DNA of 23,222 nucleotides from a virus (Duplodnaviria; Heunggongvirae; Uroviricota; Caudoviricetes): IMG/VR virus record IMGVR_UViG_2529293142_000011; one strand, 5' to 3'. Shown piece by piece: positions 16,592 to 23,222 of this stretch (position 1 is its first letter; each line of letters starts with the position of its first letter). The notes under the pieces were generated by a model. It saw only the letters and a program-made list of their open reading frames with translations, ran no database searches and was not told where the DNA came from. The position numbers and the translations under genes were made by a program.

Positions 16592-18180
16592 AACGAACGC
16601 CTGTCCTGATTGATGTGAACGGCGTTCCGCTTCGTGAGAGTCTCAGCTACAACGGGGGCGGTGCAGGATTTGGCGGGCAAATGGCTGAGTGGTTGCCACC
16701 GGCGCAGAGTGCCGATGCGGCCCTGCTGCCCGCGTTGCGTCTGGGGAATGCCCGGGCAGATGATCTGGTGCGCAATAACGGAATAGCGGCCAATGCGGTG
16801 GCACTGCATAAGGATCACATTGTCGGGCATATGTTTCTGATCAGCTACCGTCCGAACTGGCGCTGGCTGGGGATGCGGGAGACCGCAGCAAAAAGCTTTG
16901 TCGATGAGGTGGAGGCGGCCTGGTCGGAATACGCAGAAGGGATGTCTGGCGAGATCGACGTGGAAGGGAAACGCACGTTCACGGAATTTATCCGTGAAGG
17001 TGTGGGCGTTCATGTCTTTAACGGCGAAATCTTTGTGCAGCCGGTCTGGGATACGGAAACCACGCAGTTATTCCGTACGCGTTTTAAAGCCGTGAGTCCG
17101 AAACGGGTGGACACGCCTGGACACGGTATGGGGAACCGTTTTCTGCGGGCCGGTGTGGAGGTCGATCGATATGGCCGTGCCGTTGCGTACCATATCTGTG
17201 AGGATGATTTTCCGTTCTCCGGGAGTGGACGATGGGAACGGATCCCGCGTGAACTTCCCACCGGGCGTCCGGCCATGCTGCATATTTTCGAGCCGGTGGA
17301 GGACGGGCAGACCCGTGGGGCCAACCAGTTTTACAGCGTCATGGAACGGCTGAAGATGCTCGATTCCCTGCAGGCAACACAGCTTCAGTCGGCCATTGTG
17401 AAAGCCATGTATGCAGCGACGATTGAAAGTGACCTTGATACCGAAAAGGCCTTTGAATATATCGCCGGTGCGCCGCAGGGGCAGAAGGATAATCCGCTTA
17501 TTAATATTCTGGAGAAGTTCTCCAGCTGGTATGACACGAATAACGTGACGCTGGGCGGTGTCAAAATTCCGCACCTTTTCCCCGGGGATGATCTGAAACT
17601 ACAGACTGCGCAGGATTCAGACAATGGATTTTCGGCGCTTGAACAGGCGCTGCTGCGGTATATCGCCGCCGGTCTTGGCGTTTCCTACGAACAGTTGTCC
17701 CGTGATTACTCGAAGGTCAGTTATTCAAGTGCCAGGGCCTCTGCCAATGAGTCGTGGCGCTATTTTATGGGGCGGCGAAAATTTATTGCGGCCCGGCTGG
17801 CCACGCAGATGTTTTCCTGCTGGCTGGAAGAGGCACTTCTTCGGGGGATTATCCGTCCGCCACGGGCACGTTTTGATTTTTATCAGGCGCGATCAGCCTG
17901 GTCACGGGCAGAGTGGATTGGTGCCGGAAGAATGGCCATTGACGGGCTCAAGGAAGTCCAGGAATCAGTGATGCGCATTGAGGCCGGACTGAGCACGTAT
18001 GAGAAAGAGCTGGCGCTGATGGGCGAGGATTATCAGGACATTTTCCGCCAGCAGGTCAGGGAATCTGCTGAGCGGCAAAAAGCCGGACTCTCACGTCCGG
18101 TGTGGATAGCGCAGGCGTATCAGCAGCAGATAGCGGAGAGTCGCAGGCCGGAAGAGGAGACAACACCACGTGAGACGTAA
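16588..18180 (+). CDS. B: portal protein B
   Basis: 530-aa MKRTPVLIDVNGVPLRESLSYNGGGAGFGGQMAEWLPPAQSADAALLP..., collinear with lambda gpB. Confidence 0.95.
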   Translation: MKRTPVLIDVNGVPLRESLSYNGGGAGFGGQMAEWLPPAQSADAALLPALRLGNARADDLVRNNGIAANAVALHKDHIVGHMFLISYRPNWRWLGMRETAAKSFVDEVEAAWSEYAEGMSGEIDVEGKRTFTEFIREGVGVHVFNGEIFVQPVWDTETTQLFRTRFKAVSPKRVDTPGHGMGNRFLRAGVEVDRYGRAVAYHICEDDFPFSGSGRWERIPRELPTGRPAMLHIFEPVEDGQTRGANQFYSVMERLKMLDSLQATQLQSAIVKAMYAATIESDLDTEKAFEYIAGAPQGQKDNPLINILEKFSSWYDTNNVTLGGVKIPHLFPGDDLKLQTAQDSDNGFSALEQALLRYIAAGLGVSYEQLSRDYSKVSYSSARASANESWRYFMGRRKFIAARLATQMFSCWLEEALLRGIIRPPRARFDFYQARSAWSRAEWIGAGRMAIDGLKEVQESVMRIEAGLSTYEKELALMGEDYQDIFRQQVRESAERQKAGLSRPVWIAQAYQQQIAESRRPEEETTPRET

Positions 18181-19675
18181 TCTTTCACACATTATTGCCG
18201 CAGCATTCAATGAACCGCTGCTTCTGGAGCCCGCCTATGCGCGGGTTTTCTTTTGCGCGCTCGGGCGCGAGATGGGGGCAGCAAGTCTTTCGGTACCACA
18301 GCAGCAGGTACAGCTTGATGCTCCCGGAATGCTGGCTGAAACGGACGAGTACATGGCCGGAGGTAAACGACCGGCCCGTGTTTACCGGGTGGTGAACGGT
18401 ATTGCTGTACTGCCGGTGACCGGCACGCTGGTGCACCGGCTGGGGGGTATGCGGCCATTTTCCGGAATGACAGGCTATGACGGCATTGTCGCCTGTCTTC
18501 AGCAGGCAATGGCGGATAGCCAGGTGCAGGGCGTACTGCTGGACATTGACAGTCCGGGCGGGCAGGCCGCCGGCGCGTTTGACTGCGCTGACATGATTTA
18601 CCGCCTCCGTCAGCAGAAGCCGGTCTGGGCACTGTGCAATGACACGGCCTGTTCTGCAGCCATGCTGCTGGCGTCGGCCTGCTCCCGACGGCTGGTTACC
18701 CAGACATCCCGTATCGGCTCCATTGGCGTGATGATGAGCCATGTCAGCTATGCCGGTCATCTGGCGCAGGCCGGTGTGGATATCACGCTGATTTACTCAG
18801 GGGCGCACAAGGTGGATGGCAATCAGTTTGAAGCCTTACCGGCAGAGGTTCGCCAGGACATGCAGCAGCGCATTGATGCGGCGCGCCGGATGTTTGCCGA
18901 AAAAGTGGCCATGTTTACCGGTCTGTCTGTTGATGCCGTCACGGGAACAGAGGCCGCCGTTTTTGAAGGTCAGTCCGGCATTGATGCCGGGCTGGCGGAT
19001 GAATTAGTCAATGCGTCGGATGCCATCAGTGTGATGGCCACGGCGCTGAACAGTAATGTCAGAGGAGGCACTATGCCGCAATTAACTGCAACGGAAGCCG
19101 CCGCGCAGGAGAACCAGCGAGTGATGGGGATCCTGACATGCCAGGAAGCGAAAGGACGTGAACAGCTTGCCACGATGCTGGCAGGACAACAGGGCATGAG
19201 CGTTGAACAGGCCCGGGCGATTCTGGCCGCGGCGGCACCGCAGCAGCCGGTGGCATCCACGCAGAGTGAAGCCGATCGCATTATGGCGTGTGAAGAAGCG
19301 AACGGTCGTGAACAACTGGCGGCAACGCTGGCGGCGATGCCGGAGATGACGGTGGAAAAAGCCCGCCCGATCCTGGCTGCTTCACCGCAGGCGGATGCCG
19401 GACCCTCACTCCGTGATCAGATCATGGCACTGGATGAGGCAAAAGGGGCTGAGGCGCAGGCTGAACAGCTGGCTGCCTGCCCGGGAATGACTGTGGAGAG
19501 CGCCCGGGCTGTGCTGGCTGCGGGATCAGGTAAGGCAGAACCGGTCTCTGCATCCACAACCGCCCTGTTTGAACGCATCATGGCGAACCATTCACCGGCA
19601 GCGGTACAGGGTGGCGTGCCACAGACGTCAGCAGACGGTGATGCGGACGTGAAAATGCTCATGGCTATGCCATGA
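18170..19675 (+). CDS. C: head maturation protease / minor capsid protein C (S49/ClpP-like), GTG start, with expanded C-terminal scaffold-type repeats
   Basis: (M)RRNLSHIIAAAFNEPLLLEPAYARVFFCAL...GVLLDIDSPGGQAAGAFDCADMIY... parallels lambda gpC; 501 aa versus ~439 in lambda. Confidence 0.9.
   Translation: MRRNLSHIIAAAFNEPLLLEPAYARVFFCALGREMGAASLSVPQQQVQLDAPGMLAETDEYMAGGKRPARVYRVVNGIAVLPVTGTLVHRLGGMRPFSGMTGYDGIVACLQQAMADSQVQGVLLDIDSPGGQAAGAFDCADMIYRLRQQKPVWALCNDTACSAAMLLASACSRRLVTQTSRIGSIGVMMSHVSYAGHLAQAGVDITLIYSGAHKVDGNQFEALPAEVRQDMQQRIDAARRMFAEKVAMFTGLSVDAVTGTEAAVFEGQSGIDAGLADELVNASDAISVMATALNSNVRGGTMPQLTATEAAAQENQRVMGILTCQEAKGREQLATMLAGQQGMSVEQARAILAAAAPQQPVASTQSEADRIMACEEANGREQLAATLAAMPEMTVEKARPILAASPQADAGPSLRDQIMALDEAKGAEAQAEQLAACPGMTVESARAVLAAGSGKAEPVSASTTALFERIMANHSPAAVQGGVPQTSADGDADVKMLMAMP
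19073..19675 (+). CDS. nu3: scaffolding protein Nu3 (in-frame internal start within C)
   Basis: Strong RBS AGAGGAGG 5 nt upstream of internal ATG 19073 in the C frame (MPQLTATEAAAQENQRVMGIL...), matching the lambda C/Nu3 nested arrangement. Confidence 0.5.
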   Translation: MPQLTATEAAAQENQRVMGILTCQEAKGREQLATMLAGQQGMSVEQARAILAAAAPQQPVASTQSEADRIMACEEANGREQLAATLAAMPEMTVEKARPILAASPQADAGPSLRDQIMALDEAKGAEAQAEQLAACPGMTVESARAVLAAGSGKAEPVSASTTALFERIMANHSPAAVQGGVPQTSADGDADVKMLMAMP

Positions 19676-19711
19676 AGTCAGTGCTGACCATCAACAGGAG
19701 GTTTTTACAAT

Positions 19712-20059
19712 ATGGTAACGAAAACCATCACTGAACAGCGTGCGGAAGTACGTATTTTTGCCGGTAATGATCCGGCTCATACCGCCACAGGCAGCAGCGG
19801 GATTTCCTCGGCAACACCGGCACTGACGCCCCTGATGCTGGATGAAGCTACCGGGAAACTGGTGGTCTGGGACGGACAGAAAGCCGGTAGTGCGGTTGGC
19901 ATACTGGTACTGCCGCTTGAAGGCACAGAGACGGTACTGACGTATTACAAGTCGGGGACCTTTGCGACGGAGGCAATCCGCTGGCCTGACAGTGTGGATG
20001 AACACAAAAAGGCAAATGCCTTTGCCGGCAGTGCCCTGAGTCACGCGGCGCTGCCGTAA
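19712..20059 (+). CDS. D: head decoration protein D
   Basis: MVTKTITEQRAEVRIFAGNDPAHTATGSSGISSATPALTPLMLDEATGKLVVWDG..., lambda gpD homolog; RBS CAGGAGG. Confidence 0.9.
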   Translation: MVTKTITEQRAEVRIFAGNDPAHTATGSSGISSATPALTPLMLDEATGKLVVWDGQKAGSAVGILVLPLEGTETVLTYYKSGTFATEAIRWPDSVDEHKKANAFAGSALSHAALP

Positions 20060-20116
20060 CACGTTATCAGGCCACCGCGGTGGCCTGACTGATTTCTGAA
20101 TGAAAGGAACTGATTT

Positions 20117-21144
20117 ATGGGATTGTTTACGACCCGCCAGTTACTCGGTTATACCGAACAAAAAGTGAAATTTCGTGCGCTGTTTCTGGAGCTGTTTTTC
20201 CGCCGTACGGTGAATTTCCATACCGAAGAGGTGATGCTGGACAAAATTACCGGAAAAACGCCGGTGGCGGCCTATGTCTCCCCGGTTGTTGAAGGAAAAG
20301 TGCTGCGTCATCGCGGTGGTGAAACCCGCGTGTTACGTCCGGGCTACGTCAAGCCGAAACACGAATTTAATTACCAGCAGGCGGTTGAGCGTCTTCCCGG
20401 TGAAGATCCGGCTCAACTGAACGACCCGGCCTACCGTCGTCTGCGTATCATCACCGATAACCTCAAACAGGAAGAGCATGCCATTGTCCAGGTGGAAGAA
20501 ATGCAGGCGGTGAATGCCGTGCTGTATGGCAAATACACCATGGAAGGGGATCAGTTTGATACTGTCGAGGTGGATTTTGGACGCTCTGAAGGAAATAACA
20601 TTGAGCAGGCCGACGGTAAAAATGGTCTGAGCAGGACCGTGATACGTTTGATCTGACGCATGATATTGACCTCTACTGCGATCAGGCCAGCGGTCTTGTG
20701 AATATTGCCATTATGGACGGTACTGTCTGGCGTCTGCTGAATGGTTTTAAGCTGTTCCGAGAAAAACTGGATACCCGTCGCGGCTCAAATTCACAACTCG
20801 AAACGGCAGTGAAAGACCTGGGGGCGGTGGTGTCTTTCAAAGGGTATTACGGCGATCTGGCCATTGTGGTGGCGAAAACGTCTTATGTGGCAGAGGACGG
20901 TACCGAAAAACGTTATCTGCCGGAGGGCACGCTGGTCCTGGGAAATACGGCTGCAGATGGGATCCGTTGTTACGGTGCCATTCAGGATGCGCAGGCGTTG
21001 TCCGAAGGTGTGGTGGCTTCTTCCCGTTACCCGAAACACTGGCTGACCGTGGGCGATCCGGCCCGTGAATTTACCATGACGCAGTCCGCACCGCTGATGG
21101 TGCTGCCGGATCCGGATGAGTTTGTGGTGGTGCAGGTGAAATAA
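20117..21144 (+). pseudogene. E: major capsid protein E, interrupted by a frameshift in an A5 run (about 20618-20622); ORF track shows two pieces 20117-20656 and 20698-21144
   Basis: N-terminal ORF (MGLFTTRQLLGYTEQKVKFRALFLELFF...) and C-terminal ORF (...LDTRRGSNSQLETAVKDLGAVVSFKGYYGDLAIVV...DPDEFVVVQVK) both align to lambda gpE; the +1 frame reads ...KWSEQDRDTFDLTHDIDLYCDQASGLVNIAIMDGTVW continuously across the gap, so one missing A in ggtAAAAAtgg would restore a ~342-aa protein. Confidence 0.8.
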
Positions 21145-21152
21145 TCCGTGAG

Positions 21153-21181
21153 CGGGGGCGAAATGCCCCCGTGTCTTTTTT
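21153..21181 (+). terminator. GC hairpin plus T-tract between E and FI (attenuator/terminator-like)
   Basis: CGGGGGC-GAAAT-GCCCCCG stem-loop followed by TGTCTTTTTT; lambda has an analogous hairpin at this junction. Confidence 0.45.
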
Positions 21182-21195
21182 CACAGGGGGCTGAT

Positions 21196-21579
21196 ATGGC
21201 AACAAAAGAAGAAAATCAGAAACGTCTTCGTCAACTGGCTGGCCTGCTGGGGCGCGAGGCGGATATGTCGGGGAGTGCTGCGGATATTGCGCAACGTGTG
21301 TCTGAGTGGGAAGAGGAGCTTACTGCTTCCCGGGAGGGCATTATGCTTGGTGATGAGAGCGGGCCTGAGCAAAATCACACAGACGATGGTGAGCAGTTGC
21401 ACAACACTGATGCTACGGATGATGTTAAAGCGGTCCGTGTGCGGCAATGCCTGCATGTAATGGGGTATTGCCCGGAGACAGGCCGTCCCGTTGAACTGAC
21501 GTACCGGGGCATGCGTGTTCTGGTGCCATCACCACTGGCGACAGCCATGATACAGCACGGAACGGCTGAGCATGCGTGA
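21196..21579 (+). CDS. FI: FI-position DNA-packaging/head assembly protein (alternative upstream ATG 21148)
   Basis: 127-aa MATKEENQKRLRQLAGLLGREADMSGSAADIAQRVSEWEEEL...; little similarity to lambda FI but same position, size and acidic character; RBS AGGGGG. Confidence 0.55.
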   Translation: MATKEENQKRLRQLAGLLGREADMSGSAADIAQRVSEWEEELTASREGIMLGDESGPEQNHTDDGEQLHNTDATDDVKAVRVRQCLHVMGYCPETGRPVELTYRGMRVLVPSPLATAMIQHGTAEHA

Positions 21580-21925
21580 TTTTCAGAATGCCTTTGATGC
21601 TGCCCTTGCCGGGGTGGACAGCACGATTGTTGAAGTGATGGGGCTCTGTGCGCAGTTCACCTCGGGGGCACAGTGTGGCAGCGAAGTTCAGGGGGTTTTT
21701 GACGATCCGGAGTCGCTGGGGTTTGCCGGTAGCGGGGTCCGTATTGAAGGAAGCTGCCCGTCATTATTTGTACGGACGGATACGGTTCGTGCTGTGCGGC
21801 GTGGTGACACGCTGACCATTAATGGTGAGACATTCTGGGTGGATCGTGTTTCTCCGGATGACGGGGGCAGTTGTTATCTCTGGCTCAACCGTGGGCAACC
21901 ACCGGCAGTTAACCGGCGACGATAA
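21572..21925 (+). CDS. FII: head-tail connector protein FII
   Basis: MRDFQNAFDAALAGVDSTIVEVMGLCAQFTSGAQCGSEVQGVFDDPESLGFAGSGVRIEGSCPSLFVRTD...VDRVSPDDGGSCYLWLNRGQPPAVNRRR, lambda FII homolog. Confidence 0.85.
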   Translation: MRDFQNAFDAALAGVDSTIVEVMGLCAQFTSGAQCGSEVQGVFDDPESLGFAGSGVRIEGSCPSLFVRTDTVRAVRRGDTLTINGETFWVDRVSPDDGGSCYLWLNRGQPPAVNRRR

Positions 21926-21939
21926 ACGCAGGGTGAATT

Positions 21940-22473
21940 ATGGCGATAAAAGGGCTTGATCAGGCGATTGAAAATCTGAGCCGGGTTCGTAAAACGCCAT
22001 TCCGGCGGCTTCAAGCAATGGCCATTAACCGCGTGGCCACAACGGCGATTAATCAGTCTTCGTCACAGGTTGCCCGGGAGACCAGGGTGAGCCGGAAACT
22101 GGTAAAGGAACGGTCCAGACTGAAACGGGCCACGGTCAGAAATCCGAATGCCAGAATTATCGTTAACCGCGGTGATCTCCCGGTGATTAAGCTGGGGATC
22201 AGGATGCCGGGGCGTCGTCCGGACAGCATACTCAAAGCCGGTCAGCATCGTTATCAGCGGGCATTTATTCAGCGATTAAAAAATGGTCGCTGGCATGTCA
22301 TGCAGCGTGTGGCCGGGAAAAACCGTTACCCCATTGATGTGGTGAAAATCCCGATGGCGGCCCCACTGAAACAGGCGTTTGATGAGAATGTTGACCGTAT
22401 CCGGCGTGAACGCCTGCCCGGAGAACTGGCATATGCGCTGAAACAACAACTGAGGATTGCGATAAAACGATGA
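21940..22473 (+). CDS. Z: tail completion protein Z
   Basis: MAIKGLDQAIENLSRVRKTPFRRLQAMAINRVATTAINQSSSQVARETRVSRKLVKER..., lambda gpZ homolog. Confidence 0.9.
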   Translation: MAIKGLDQAIENLSRVRKTPFRRLQAMAINRVATTAINQSSSQVARETRVSRKLVKERSRLKRATVRNPNARIIVNRGDLPVIKLGIRMPGRRPDSILKAGQHRYQRAFIQRLKNGRWHVMQRVAGKNRYPIDVVKIPMAAPLKQAFDENVDRIRRERLPGELAYALKQQLRIAIKR

Positions 22474-22865
22474 AACATACTGATATCCGTGCTGCAGTGC
22501 TGGATGCACTGGAGCTGCATGAACACGGGGCGACGCTGTTTGATGGTCGCCCCGTTGTTTTTGACGAAGAGGATTTTCCCGCGGTCGCGGTTTATCTGAC
22601 GGATGCAGAGTATACCGGTGAAGAGCTGGATGCGGATACCTGGCGGGCCACACTGCATATTGAAGTTTTCCTGCCTGCTCAGGTGCCGGATTCAGAGCTG
22701 GATTCGTGGATGGAGTCCCGGATTTATCCGGCGATGTCCGCGATCCCTGCACTGGCAGGGATGATTACCACGATGGTTCAGCAGGGCTATGACTATCGTC
22801 GTGATGACGATATGGCGTTATGGAGCTCTGCAGATTTGACTTATTCCATTACATACGAGATGTGA
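22470..22865 (+). CDS. U: tail terminator protein U
   Basis: [54 protein letters not shown]..., lambda gpU homolog; ATGA overlap with Z. Confidence 0.9.
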   Translation: MKHTDIRAAVLDALELHEHGATLFDGRPVVFDEEDFPAVAVYLTDAEYTGEELDADTWRATLHIEVFLPAQVPDSELDSWMESRIYPAMSAIPALAGMITTMVQQGYDYRRDDDMALWSSADLTYSITYEM

Positions 22866-22871
22866 GGACGA

Positions 22872-23222
22872 TATGCCAACACCAAATCCCCTGGCGCCGG
22901 TAAAAGGTGCCGGTACCACTCTGTGGGTTTACACCGGCAAGGGTGATGCTTATGCAAACCCGTTGTCAGATGATGACTGGCAGCGACTGGCTAAGGTGAA
23001 GGATCTGACGCCGGGCGAGATGACGGCAGAATCCTACGATGATAACTACCTGGATGATGAAGACGCGGACTGGAGCGCGACCGGGCAGGGACAGAAATCT
23101 GCAGGTGATACCAGTTTTACACTGGCCTGGAAACCGGGAGAAGAAGGTCAGAAAGGGCTTATAGGCTGGTTTGAAAGCGGGGATGTGCGGGCCTATAAAT
23201 CCGTTTTCCGAATGGCACGGTG
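22872..23222 (+). CDS. V: major tail protein V (5' part; continues beyond window end)
   Basis: [82 protein letters not shown]..., lambda gpV N-terminus. Confidence 0.9.

Noticed and set aside
18185..19662. Reverse-strand and alternate-frame ORFs inside C/Nu3
   Set aside because: Same reasoning: GC-rich, repeat-containing coding region; Arg/Pro/Ala-rich translations typical of out-of-frame reading.
1..23222. CRISPR arrays, integrase or attachment sites
   Set aside because: No short regularly spaced direct repeats and no integrase-like ORF were seen; the window starts inside the early region, so int/att would lie outside it.

Overview
This window is a lambdoid prophage segment, almost certainly from E. 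coli or a close relative, read left to right in phage map order. All calls are from reading the sequence and ORF track against remembered lambda and phage 21 proteins; no searches or computations were run. Early region (1-5300): a partial IS-type HTH transposase ORF sits where cI/cro should be, followed by lambda-like cII, oop RNA, O with ori iterons, P, ren, tR2, ninB, a Dam-type adenine methyltransferase in place of ninC, ninE, ninF, ninG, ninI (ninH absent) and a truncated lambda Q stub. Accessory region (5300-11300): an antisense outer-membrane LpxR-like lipid A deacylase, a second putative Q-type antiterminator with a promoter/terminator pair, an AT-rich insert encoding an uncharacterised multi-pass membrane protein plus a tiny hydrophobic peptide, a NanS-p-type sialate O-acetylesterase, and two diverged tandem stem-loop repeats. 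Late region (11300-23222): phage-21-type lysis cassette (pinholin, SAR endolysin, Rz/Rz1), a Rha-family protein, a YlcI-like gene, cos with CGGACATG repeats, then terminase small/large, W, portal B, C/Nu3, D, a frameshifted major capsid gene E, FI, FII, Z, U and the start of V. The best candidate for something undescribed is the AT-rich membrane-protein/peptide insert at 7.6-8.9 kb. The missing immunity genes, truncated Q and broken capsid gene suggest a defective prophage.
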